Positions 1 to 15,982 of a stretch of 64,000 nt of DNA are shown here, piece after piece; position 1 is the stretch's first letter; the number at the start of each line of letters is the position of its first letter. The stretch covers positions 83,142,001 to 83,206,000 of the forward strand of contig NC_058385.1 in assembly GCF_018350175.1 (NCBI RefSeq), given 5' to 3'. The translations under genes and the position numbers were made by a program. Under the pieces are notes generated by a model, which was not told the DNA's origin, searched no databases, and saw nothing but the letters and a program-made list of their open reading frames with translations. This stretch comes from Felis catus. Lineage: Eukaryota.

Positions 1-4518
<4,518 letters not shown>

Positions 4519-4519
4519 G

Positions 4520-4780
4520 GCGCTCGCCCCGCGGCCGCGGGCCCCGCAAATCTCCCGCCGCGAGGGAGACGCCGGCCGCCAGCCAATGGGGGCGTCCCGC
4601 AGGGCCGGAGGCGGGGCGTCTGGGCAGCCTCCTCCGGGGCAGCCAATCAGTGGGACCCTCATGGGAAGACCAATGGGTGGTGGCTACGTCATCGCGGTGC
4701 GCGGAGGCGCTGGGCGGGGCGCGGCGGACCGTGAGGCGGGGCCGGTGGCGGTCGTAGCGGCTGTGGGGCCGGTGAGCGCG
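4520..4780. promoter_or_regulatory. Bidirectional CpG-island promoter RECQL4/LRRC14
   Basis: Head-to-head genes; very CpG-rich ~4250-5120; CCAAT boxes at 4583, 4643, 4670; GC boxes; CRE-like TACGTCA at 4685; E2F-like TCTCCCGCC at 4551. Confidence 0.8.
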
Positions 4781-6456
4781 GGCGGCCGGCTGGGGATGGA
4801 GCGGGGCGGCGTGCGCCCCCGGCCCTCCCTGGCTGCACGAAGCAGGCGCGGGTGCTCGGGGCGGGCGCCGCCCGGGAGGCGGGAGCGGGAGTCGGGCGGT
4901 TCGTTTGCGGGGTGGGGAAGGATCTGGAGCCCCGCGTCGGGCAGAGCGACCTCGGGCCCCGGGGGGCGACGCACCGGCTTCAAGGGGCATATCCCGTCCG
5001 GGAGGCGGAGGGCGTCGCACTGATGGTGTCCCTCGTCTCGAACCCGGGAGGAGCCGGGCGGGGGGCGTCTTGGGGCAAACGCCGGGAGCCGCGGGCCGGC
5101 GGGAGGGGGCGGCGGCCACCACACAAGAGGCTCCTCCCATGGTGACCACACTGGCTGCTTTCGTTTCCTCTCGTGACAGGTGCTCGGTTGGTCTGTCCTG
5201 TCACAGCGAGGTATGAGTCGTCCTCGCGAGAATTGTCTACAGGCAGAGCAAGGCCGAGGGTTGACGTTCGGGGCTTCTCAAGAACCAGTGCCCTAAGGAC
5301 TTTCGTTGTGTATGAGGTCCGGAAGAACAGGGACTCTGGGGCCCGACTGCTCCCTCTTCCCTGAGCTCATCGCCCAGGCTGTGACCTTGGCCGGGCAAGA
5401 TTTAGGGCTTAGTTTTCTAATCTGTTTCTGGGGGGATGACTGGGAAGCAGTTTTGAGGATGAGATGTTTGGCCCGCTGAGAGTCCACTGGCTGTTACTGC
5501 TGCTGAAGTCAGTAACAGAGCTGATATCCAGGTACCCCCCGGGGTCCCAGGCCTTTTTTATATGCCCCTTGTTAACTTGGATGCGCTTTCTGCTGCTGCC
5601 TGTACCCATCTGAACATTTCCTGGCCTGGGGTCTTATAAATCCTATAGGTGGGAGAGTCACTGTGGTTTTTTAGGGAAAAGGGAGATGTTTAGACAGGTG
5701 ACAAAGACTTTGGTGGATGAGGTTTGCTTTCTGTTTTTCTGTAAGTCTGCAAAGATCTCCATGCTTGGCAGTACTACTGGACCATAGTAGTTAGGACTGA
5801 GGGTCATGCTGAAGGCTTGGGTTACTCAGGCTGTCTGGACACAATGTTCCCTGGGTACCCGTTCTTTTTACCTATGCTGGTATTTATTAAGCTGCGTCAG
5901 TGCTTCCAGTTCCTGTCCAAGGACCACCTGCAAGAGCTGGAGGAGGGTGGGGCGGGTGGGGCAGGTTCCCGCCCCTTGGGAGTATCTTAGCCCCTCTAGT
6001 GTCTGTGTGCTTTGTGAGCTTTATTCTAGTTTTGAAGAAAAGAGGATCTCTGATAAGCAGCTTTGTGAGGTCTGAAGTACAGATGTTGGGGGGGGGGGGT
6101 CCTGCAGAGCAACAGTCATCAAAAGCACACCCAGGCCAGTGGTCATTTTTGGTGTTGTGCTATTTATGTACTGTTTGATGGCTAAGTTTTCCTAAAGAGG
6201 CACCATGCTTCTGGAAGTAGGGAACTGGGGGGGTGGCCCCGTTCCTATTTTCATTCAGTTCAACCCATTGTCAGGCACCTAGCACTTGCTTTTTGGTGCC
6301 ACGGTCCTCCATTGAGTGCCAGCTCTGTGCTAAGCACCACGCTGGGTTTTCCCACTACCAGCGATGGAGGAGGCTATGGCCGGGCGGTGGCCTGGGGTCT
6401 GTCCTCCCCGCTGAAGGGCCCTTCCCTGCAGGTGGCTTCCTGCCTGGCCCGGCGCC

Positions 6457-6785
6457 ATGCACACGCTTGTGTTCCTGAGCACGCGGCAGGTGCTCCAGTG
6501 TCAGCCAGCTGCCTGCCAGGCCCTACCCCTGCTGCCTCGAGAGCTCTTCCCCCTGCTGTTCAAGGTGGCCTTCATGGACAAGAAGACTGTTGTGCTTCGC
6601 GAGCTGGTGCACACATGGCCCTTCCCGCTGCTCAGCTTCCAGCAGCTGCTGCAGGAATGTGCTCACTGCAGCCGGGCCTTGCTGCAAGAGCGCCCCAGCA
6701 CAGAGAGCATGCAGGCTGTGATCCTGGGGCTGACAGCCCGGCTCCACACCCCAGAGACCGAGGCTGGCACACAGCCTCTCTGCAG
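6457..6785 (+). CDS. LRRC14: LRRC14 coding exon 1
   Basis: GCCATGC start; CAG|GTATGG donor. Confidence 0.93.
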
Positions 6786-8211
6786 GTATGGGTGCACCCG
6801 AGGGGCTCTCAGGCCTGGGGGGTGCAGAGAGGGTTCCCCCCTGAGGTTCCAGGCGAGTGCAAGAGCTCAGTGCGGAAACAGGCATGTGGCTTCTGTCCCA
6901 AGGTGGCTGGGAGTGGGTGTGGGTTCTGCTTCCTTGTCTCCTGCTTCAGCCTACCCGTGCTCCCAGGAAGCATGCCCTGCGGGTGCTGGACATGACGGGC
7001 CTACTGGATGACGGCGTGGAGCAGGACCCTGGCACCATGAGCATGTGGGACTGCACAGCAGCTGTGGCCCGCACCTGCATAGCACAGCAGCAGGGCGGGA
7101 CTGCGGATCCTGGGCCAGCCCCCATTCCTGTGGAGGTTCGTGTGGACCTGCGGGTGAACCGGGCCTCTTACTCGTTCCTGCGGGAGGCACTCCGGAGCAG
7201 TGTGGGCAGTCCCCTGCGGCTCTGCTGCCGGGACCTGCGGGCTGAGGACCTGCCCATGCGCAACACTGTGGCTTTGCTGCAGCTGCTGGACGCGGGCTGC
7301 CTGCGCCGTGTGGACCTGCGCTTTAACAACTTGGGCCTGCGTGGCCTGTCTGTTATCATCCCACATGTGGCCCGATTCCAGCACCTGGCCAGCCTGCGGC
7401 TGCACTATGTGCATGGGGACTCGAGGCAGCCCTCTGTGGATGGCGAGGACAACTTTCGCTACTTCCTGGCCCAGATGGGCCGCTTCACTTGTCTGCGGGA
7501 GCTCAGCATGGGCTCCTCTCTTCTCTCGGGGCGGCTGGACCAGCTGCTCAGGTGAGCAAGCCCCACTATTGCCCTGTCCTTTTCCCCTCTTCCGAGACCC
7601 TGCCCTGGTCCTACTTGGTTGTGACCTGTGTCCCCTATTATAGCACCCTGCAGAGTCCCTTGGAGAGCCTGGAGCTGGCCTTCTGTGCCCTGCTGCCCGA
7701 GGATCTGCGCTTCCTGGCACGGAGCCCCCATGCTGTCCACCTCAAGAAGTTGGACCTTAGTGGCAACGACCTGTCCGGCAGCCAGCTGGAGCCTTTCCAG
7801 GGTCTGCTGCAGGCAGCAGCAGCCACACTGCTACACCTCGAGCTGACTGAGTGCCAGCTTGCTGATACCCAGCTGCTGGCCACGCTCCCTGTGTTGACGC
7901 GCTGTACCAGCCTCCGCTACCTCGGTCTCTATGGCAACCCACTGTCCATGGCGGGCCTCAAGGAGCTCCTACGGGATTCGGTAGTGCAGGCTGAGCTACG
8001 CACGGTGGTGCACCCCTTCCCTGTGGACTGCTATGAGGGTTTGCCCTGGCCACCGCCTGCCTCTGTCCTGCTGGAAGCTTCCATCAATGAGGAGAAGTTT
8101 GCTCGTGTGGAGGCGGAGTTGCATCAGCTGCTACTGGCCTCAGGTCGTGCTCATGTGCTCTGGACCACTGACATTTATGGGCGCCTGGCCGCAGACTACT
8201 TCAGCCTATGA
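6457..8211 (+). CDS. LRRC14: Leucine-rich repeat-containing protein 14 (PRAME-like), 493 aa
   Basis: Exons 6457-6785, 6967-7551, 7644-8211 total 1482 nt in frame; MHTLVFLSTRQVLQCQ...GRLAADYFSL*. Confidence 0.96.
6967..7551 (+). CDS. LRRC14: LRRC14 coding exon 2
   Basis: KHALRVLDMTG...GRLDQLL; CCCAG / GTGAG. Confidence 0.93.
7644..8211 (+). CDS. LRRC14: LRRC14 coding exon 3
   Basis: TLQSPLESLELAFC...LRR motifs, TGA at 8209-8211. Confidence 0.93.
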
Positions 8212-9263
8212 CCTCTAGGCTGTCCTGGTGTTCAGGGCTGCTGGAGACCCCTCCCTGCCTTAGGTAGACAGAGCCTTTGCTGAGACCCTGTTGGAGGCCT
8301 GACACGGAGTCACTGGTCTCTGGTTTCCTTGCTCTTGGGCTCTCGCAGCCTTCCGATGCTTGGTGGAGCACCTTGCGAGGTTTTGCCCTGTACCTGTTCC
8401 CCTGACTGGCTGACTGTGGGCCTAAGGGCTGGATTCCAGGCCTGTTAAGGCCAGGCTTGGTTTGGGTGCACTTGGCTGCCCTCTGGTGTCCTGGTCCTCT
8501 CTTTGGAATGTTTCTGGGGTCCCAGCTGTGAGCTGAGAGAGGGTGTTCTGTCTGGGCCCTTCCCAAGAACAGACTGCTCTGGGGTTGAAGCTGGAACAGG
8601 GACCTGCTTCAAGGTGGGTTGGGTCCCCACGCACTGGAGCCTTTCATGGTTCTCTCTGCCCTGGCACCCGGGAGACAACCTGGCTGGGCTTTGGAGCCAG
8701 CGGGTGTCATTAAGGTACAAATGTGCAGTGTGTTTGGAACTTAAATTTGTGGTGTTTTTTTCTGTCCTAACTGGTCAGAATGACACGTCACTGGCTCTGC
8801 TGTCCCCTCCAGCGTAGCCACTGGGTAACAGCTGTCTTCCGGTCTGCTGTCCCCCTCCCCCTTTCCTGGGCACCTCCACAGCCCTTCGCCTCTCCCACCT
8901 TGGGGAGGCCCCAGGTCCTCCAGCAGGCTGGAGGGCCAGTGGCCGGACCTGCAGAGCTAGCGATTAGGGTGATGCTGGAGGGATCTTTTCTGGAGGGCTT
9001 CGGTAGGGCCGTGGGGAGCCTCCTCGGCCACCGTCCCGTGACGCCTTAGGGATTCTGTCCGCAGAGCTGGGGGTCCGCAGGTGCCTGCGCCCCGCCCTCG
9101 GGCCCCCAGATCCCACACATGGCTCGCCGCACACTGCGCAGCTTTTACCCTTTACTGACTGCGCTGGAGCATGCGCGGGGCGCGCCCGCGGGCCTGCCAA
9201 TCCGCGAAGACTACGTCATCAGCGAGCGCCCGCCCGCCCGCCCGCCCCTCTGGGCCGCACTCT

Positions 9264-10192
9264 TCAGCAGTGGATCTCGTAGGCTGCCGGCGGCTGCAGC
9301 GGGAGGCCCTGCGCCGGCCCGGTTGCTGCGCCATCGGCAGCCTCCGTCGGGCCCTCGGCGAAGAGTGGCTTGGAACGGTCGATGACGAACATCTCGTGGC
9401 CTCGCTCGTCGCGGAGCTCCTCGAGCTGCGCGAAGGTGCAGGGCCCGTCCGAATAGTCGTTGACGAACAGCGCGCCCTCCCCCGGCAGTCCCGGCGCCTT
9501 TTTTCTCTTGCGCCGCCGGCGGCAGATCATGGTCGCCAGCAGCAGCGCCGTGAGCGTAAGGAGCGCGATGGCGCCCGCGATGGCCGTCTGGGTGGCCAGG
9601 CCCAGGGCGCGGAAGGCCATGCTGCCGGCCTCTTGCAGGGGCTCGTGGCTGACGGGGCCGGCGGCCGGAGGCGGCGGGGGCGCCAGCTGCAGCTGCTGCT
9701 GCTGGGACAGGTTGACCAGGAGCTGGAAGGGCACGCGGGCGGCGCCGCCGGCGTTGGAGGCCTCGCACTCGTACTTTCCAGCGTGGGCCAGGGTGATGTT
9801 GGTGAGGAAGAGCATGCCGCTGCCCGTGTCAGAGGCGCCGGGCCCGCCTGGGCGCGGTGCCCCGCCTTCTGGCTGGATCTGGGCCCGTGGCTGCCCTTCA
9901 CGAGGCTGGGCCACCTTTCTCCAGGTCACCAGGGGCTGCGGGTAGCCGGAAGCCTGGCAGGCAACGCGCAGGTCCTCACCCAGGTTGGCCGTCACCTCCA
10001 GCGGCTCCACGTGTACAGAGGGCGGGATGCAGATGAGGCTACTGCCAGATATGTCCAGGAGACTTTGAAGTGCCAGGCGCGGGGGCTCTGCACACATGAT
10101 GTTCTTGTCCCTGGAGCTGAGCAGCCGCTGGCCCCCTTCCTTGATCCATGCTCCCAGCCAGTGCAGGGCACAGTCACAGCGCCATGGGTTCT
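9264..10192 (-). CDS. LRRC24: LRRC24 coding exon 4
   Basis: NPWRCDCALHWL...Ig, TM, stop TGA. Confidence 0.93.
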
Positions 10193-11801
10193 CTGTGGGC
10201 AGAGCAGTGGCGGACGGGTAGCTCAGGAATGGTCCCAGAACAACCTGTGCAGTTGGGCTTCTGCTGGCCAGAATGGGAACCCCTTTCCCACCTCCCGGAG
10301 AGGGGCCCCTGCCACCTCTTCTCTGACCTCAAGCTCCCTGGAGTGTGGGCAAGCTCTTCCCTCCCCCTGCAGTCCTGTGCTGCGTGGTCCAGTTCACTAA
10401 TTTCTAAGACAGCCTCTGCTCCTTTGAAGTCTCTCCCTGCAGCAAGTCCCATTACTTGGGTGGATAGTCGGTGTCCCCAAAGGCATCCCACAGCACTGAG
10501 ACCTCGCCAATCCCGTCAGCCTCGTCCTCAGGTGCTGTGTCCTGGAAATGCCAGCCCTAGTTTCGTCTTTCCAGTTTCTGTCTGTCCCCCCCATAGCTCC
10601 CGAGTGTCCAGTCCCTCAACAGACGATTTCTACCTTTTCTGTCTTAATCCTTAGGCCAAGTCCCTGAGCTGTGCCCCTTCCAGCACTCCCATTCCTATCA
10701 GCCGCCCATGGGTCCAGGTGATGGTATGACCCTGCAGAGCGCTCCTGGATGGTCTGGGATTCAGAGCCACTGCCATCAAAGCCCACTCCACACCTGGGCC
10801 TGCTTCCCACTGCCACCACTGTGGCCGAGGAAGATACCCTGGCATGAGAACCTTCCCCAGGAGGTACCTGTGAGGCGCAGGACCTGCAGGCTGGCCAGGG
10901 GCTGTAGGGCCTCACGACTGATGGTGCCCAGTTGGTTCCTGCTGAGGTCCAGCAGTGCTAGTGAGGAAAGCCCAGCCAGGGCCTGGTCCTCCAGCAGCTC
11001 AATGCTGTTTTCCTGCAGGTGCAGCTCCTGCAGTCGCTGAGGGAAGGACAGCACATCATCAGGGGAAGGGGCCCTGGCGGCCAGGTCCCCTTCTTACGGA
11101 GCTAACCTGGGTTAACTTTTCTCCCTTTCACTGCTCTAGCCCCGTAGGGCAGGTGGAGGTATCGGAGGACCCTTGCCCTTGCCCACCTTCCCCCCTCACC
11201 GGTAGGTGCAGGAAGGTGAAATCCAGCAGCTGCACTAGCTGGTTACCAGCCAGGTAGAGTGCACGCAGCTGGGCCAGGCCCGCGAAAGCGCCAACTCGCA
11301 AGCCGCGTAGCCGGTTGCCGGTGAGCGCTAGCTCTAGCAGGCGTGACTGCGCGCGGAAGACGCCTGGCTCCAGGGCGCGCAGGCTGTTATTGTGCAGGTA
11401 GAGACGGCGCAGGGCGGCGAGAGGCGCCAGTACGCCCGGTTCCAGGCGCGCGATGCTGTTGTCCTGCAGGAACAGCGTCTGCGGGCCGGAGGGAGGGTGG
11501 GAGGGTGTTTACCCTGCTGAGGGAGTCTCCCTCCCCTGGGGCTCTCCAGCACCCACGGGGACATTCACACACCCCTCCCTCCGTGTCGCGGGCACCTCTA
11601 GCCCGCGGCCCAGTGGCCCCAAGCGGTGCCCACCTGCGTCCCGGGTGGGATTCCGGGCGGGACGACGCGAAGCCGCAGGGCGCCGCACTCCACCGTGGCG
11701 CTGTAGCAGCGGCAGGCGGCTGGGCAGCCGGCAGCGCGGGGCGGGAAGCCAGGGAACCACAGCAGCCACAGCAGCAGCAATGTGGGCGCCCCCGGGGCCA
11801 T
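9264..11801 (-). CDS. LRRC24: Leucine-rich repeat-containing protein 24 (signal peptide-LRR-Ig-TM), 514 aa
   Basis: Exons 11634-11801, 11200-11478, 10868-11036, 9264-10192 total 1545 nt in frame; LRRNT CPAACRC, LRRCT NPWRCDC, Ig domain, TM helix, C-terminal AYEIHC. Confidence 0.96.
10868..11036 (-). CDS. LRRC24: LRRC24 coding exon 3
   Basis: RLQELHLQENSIELLEDQALAGL... Confidence 0.92.
11200..11478 (-). CDS. LRRC24: LRRC24 coding exon 2
   Basis: TLFLQDNSIARLEPG... LRR repeats, 279 nt. Confidence 0.92.
11634..11801 (-). CDS. LRRC24: LRRC24 coding exon 1
   Basis: MAPGAPTLLLLWLLW signal peptide; CAG|GTGGG donor. Confidence 0.92.
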
Positions 11802-13930
11802 CTCCCGCGGGACCCGCCGCGGACCACGAAGCTGCAACCTCCTGACGGGCCTCCTTATAGTCCACCCTGGATGTGATGTGCCTCCTGAAACACAGGTTGG
11901 CAGGCCTGCCCCTAACACTTGAGAGCCAGCGAAGAACATGGATGGAGGCCCACACCCTGTGTCTAATTTCTGAAAAGTTATAAATCAGTTCAAGCAACCG
12001 ATAAAAACAAGAAACAAACAGAAAAGTTGGCTTTTTTCCTTTGCAAAAACACAGTCATGAAGATTTGGAGCATCAGGTTCCAATTTAGAATTTCCAGAGT
12101 TCTTAGTCTTACCACACTGGCCATGTGGGGAGAGCCAACACCACCCCAGCCCCCTTCTCTTCCCATCTATTTCCATCTGGCACCGTAAGCGATTTTGCAC
12201 TCATGCATGTGGGCGTCTCTACTTTCTAGCAATTAGCCACTCCTTGACTCTAAGGTACAAGAGGCTGGTGCAAAGTGTGGGCTTGGGAACATGTAGGTGG
12301 TGAAGCCCAGGACCCAGTTACCCAAGTGCAGGCTAGAAGGGGAAGAGGCTCTAGGAAGACATTTCTCCTTGTCCACATGGAGATGTCCAAAAGCAGAGCC
12401 CAGAGCAGAAGTCTTGTGCCCCCAAGACGAAGCCCAAGGCCCCACACCACGTGTCCTTGTCTTCACCTGACCCTGACCCAGCATTAAGTCTAGTCCTTTT
12501 ATCCCTAGAACTCATGCTCTGTCTCCTGACCCTGGGACCCACCTGATGTATGTTGATGGGAAACATGGGTAGAACTGATCCTGGGAGCCACCAGCCACAG
12601 GAAAATGCAAGCATAGCTTGGCCAGCCCCTGCCCAAGCCCTTGTGGGGGTGACGGTGGGTGGAACAGCTTAGACAGAATTAGGGTTAATTCTCAGGAACT
12701 TGTTAGACAATTGGGGGATGTGATACACAATAGGAAAGTCAGTTCACGAGCCATGGCCTACGTTCTCTCTGCTGTTTCCCAGAAAAGTGCTTCTGTTTTG
12801 GGGAGTAGGAAGGGCCCTGGAACAGCTGGGTTGGGGCCTTGGGCCACCAACTGGGTTTCTAGGATAGTTCCCAAGTGGGCTCTGGGAGCAGTGACCTCCT
12901 GGATGGTAAAGGAATATATAGCGTGTTGGGATTTATGCACATGAACCGGTGATCCTATAAAGATGGGAAGACCTGTGTCTAGTTCCAGGCACAGTGAGTC
13001 CAGTTTTAAAGGTGGGGACATGGGCTGAGAAGCCAGCTAGTCTGGAGCCAGGGACAGCAAAGCTGAGGGTGTGCTGTCATGCAGCCTCCAGCCCTTCCTC
13101 AAATGGTCCCCACTCTGAATAACTGCCTGTTTTCCAAGTCTCTCTGCTAGCAAGAGTGAGTCATGTGGAAAGGGACCAAGTGCCCTTGATGTCTGTTCGA
13201 ATCTTGCTCTAAATTGTAACTCATATGATTATTTAAAGTCACTAGAAATGAGGTAGGCACAGCAAAAGTTTTAATGGAATAGCTTTGGCCCAGGCAGAGT
13301 CAGTTCCCAGGTGTCTCAGGATGTGCGTGAAGCCCAAGAATCTAAAGGCATACTCTGGGCTCCTGGGATCCACTTCCCTGAGCATAAGGGCTGGTTCAGG
13401 TCTTGCCCAATCAGGCTCCAGCAGCCAGTCCTCTTAAGTAGAGGGGCTTCTTGGCTTCCTCCTCAGGATTCAAGGCACTGTTCACAGGGACACCCCCTAG
13501 ACGCTGATTGGAATAAAAGGGCCGGCCTGAGCAGGGATGGGGGCCCAGGCGGGAAGAGCAGAGGAGGCCAGCCCAGAAATCCTTTTACCCAGCGGACAGC
13601 GCTCTAATCCGGTTGGGCAGGGGGCGGGGCGTCACACACAGGATTCTGCGATGGCTGTTACCGTCTCCAGGGCACCCATCTGTGCGGAGACTGGAGCGGC
13701 GAGGAAGCCCTGCGACCCCCTCGGGAGCAGTGCGAAGCCCAAGTCGCGTGCCTCGATCCCCCATGGTGTCACCTGCATCCCCTCCAGCTGGGTCTGTCCC
13801 GGGCCAGTTCAGGGCAGGGCGTGGTCCCCGCCAGGTCGCCTCCCCTTCTCGATGCGCGCTGGGGACATAGCCGGGAAGGCCCCCGATCCCACCCCCATGC
13901 CCACTGACCTCGGGTCGGGCGCCCCCTCAC

Positions 13931-14300
13931 CTGACGCTCCCGCGGCGCGGCTCCCCCGCTGAGCCCGAGGCGCCCAGGCCCACCGAGCAGTGCAGGGCGG
14001 GGGAGGGGCGGACGCCGCTCGCGCACGCGTACTGGAGCCCCTGCGCCTCCAGCCGCGCCGCCGGGGCCTGCCCCAGTAGGCGAGGGCCGAACCAAAGGAC
14101 GCCCCAGGCCCGAGGTGTTGGGGGGTGGGGGAGGGGGGGAAGTAGAAGGGCCCGCGACCCCGCCCCTCCTCGCGTTCGAAGCCGCGGCAGCACCTCGGAC
14201 AGCGCCGAGCACCACGGGGCCGCGGTGCACCTCTGCCGCGCACGCGCATTCGGCCGGCGCGCTCTTTCGGTGGCGCGTGCGCAGCGATGCGCGGCCCGGG
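13931..14300 (-). promoter_or_regulatory. CpG island with probable LRRC24 promoter and non-coding first exon
   Basis: CpG-rich, NRF1-like GCGCA/TGCGC motifs ~14240 and ~14280, strong donor CAG|GTGAG at 13930; start site not determinable. Confidence 0.55.
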
Positions 14301-14379
14301 CCACAGCGGTGAGGGGAGAGAGGGCGGGACCTCGGCGGGGCCAGGGGCACTAGCGGCCGCCAGCCTTCCTGCCTGCGGC

Positions 14380-15982
14380 TCAGGGCCGCGAGGCGGCGAG
14401 CAGCAGCGGGGCCAGGTCCATGGTGAGGGCGAGGCGGCGGCCTTGCCAGCGCACGTGTGAGGGCAGCGCGGGCGCGCCGGGCGGGTACTCGAAGCAGGCG
14501 CTAAGCTCGAAGGCTAGGGCGGAGCGCACCAGACCCACGCCGCCCGCTCGCTCTGGCGCGGGGTGGTAGAGGCGGCCGTTGGCGGCCAGAGGCAGCAGAC
14601 GCGCCGGCTCGAAGGGCACGGCCAGGGCCTCACCGCCGCCGCAATAGGAGAGACGCGGGGGCCCGGAGCCCGAGGCCAGCAGGTGCGTGAAGACCACCGG
14701 CCGGTCTTCGCAGCGCAGGAAATTGCGCTCTCTGCCGCAGGGCGAGAGGAAGGGGAAAGAGGCCTCGTAGCGACCGCTGTGGTTGGGTCTCAGGCGGGAG
14801 AAGAAGGTGACCAGGAACTGTGGGTCTGGAGGAGAAGGACACGGTTGCTTACCATGCCATGCTACCCTACCCGGGGCCCTACTTCCCCAGGCAATCGGCG
14901 CGCCCTGGGCAACGCCACGGGCTGGCGCCGGATGTGGGCACACCACCTTGGCCTCACTCTAGACAGCAGGGCTCATGAGCACAGGATGCCCAGTCCTCTG
15001 CTTCGGACGGGCCAGTCGGCAGGCTGGGGAGCAGAGCCCACCAGGGCCTTGCCGAAGGGAGAAGAAAGGTGGGGAAGAAGTTGCACTGGTACCTTTGAAG
15101 CAGGTGATGAAGTTCTTCATTTTGGAGTCATCCAGGAAAAGCTGCAGACAGAGGGGCAGGCCGTGGCCCATGAGTCCCAACTAGAAGCCCGACAGAGTCG
15201 GCCTCAGGGCGGGGAGGCTTGGGCAGGCCTGAGCCGGGGCCAGTGTCCACTCTCCTTGCGCTCCTGTGCACGCCGTGTGCAGGGAGGCGAGTGGAAAGTA
15301 AACCTGGGGACCCTGCCAACATTCCTGCATCTATCCCGCACTCCGGGCCGTGCGGGTTCCTGAGCTGCCATGTCCTCCCTGTACCTCTCCCTTCCTCCTT
15401 AAAAGTTTCTAATCAGATGTGCCACCTCCTCCGCGGAGGCTCCCGGACCTGCTTCCTCCCGGATATGCTGGATGATTCCCCTGCCAGGGCTTGCAAAACA
15501 GGCAGGGCGACCCGAAGCTGGGGATCACAGGGTCGGGCAGGATCTGGGGATGCAGAGCGCACGAGACGCAGCAAAGTGTGGCAGGTTGGCTGCTGGGGGG
15601 GGGGGGGGGGCGGGGCGGGGGGCGACCCCTCTCGGGCTGAGACCGGGCGCCCCAGGCGGTCCAACTCTGGGTCCCACCTCAGCAGTCAAGTTCTCATTCT
15701 TTAGAGACCCCGCCCACCCATCCGGCCCCGCCCCTCTCACGGGCGCCCCCTCTCAGGCGCCCCCTCTCTGGCCCCACCTCTCTAACCGGTGCGCCCGCTC
15801 AGGCCACGCTCCCGGCCCACCTGGCCCTGATGATCCACATAATAAAAATACTCTCGCGTCTGGGGCTCTGGGGTCTGGCCCTGCGTGTAGGAGACGCCCC
15901 CGCCCCCGCCGCAGGCCCGGGTCCCCGGGGACCGCGCCAAGACCACGGCGCAGGGCCGCAGCGCCCTGCATGCCCTCCACAT
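14380..15982 (-). CDS. C8orf82: C8orf82 orthologue (UPF0598/DUF4505), 218 aa
   Basis: Exons 15821-15982, 15093-15141, 14380-14825 total 657 nt; YTQGQTPEPQTREYFYYVDHQGQ|LFLDDSKMKNFITCFK|DPQFLVTFFSRLRPN. Confidence 0.93.

Noticed and set aside
9171-10400. 409-aa + strand ORF
   Set aside because: Antisense shadow of the GC-rich LRRC24 last exon; low-complexity Arg/Gly/Ala composition and no recognisable domain.
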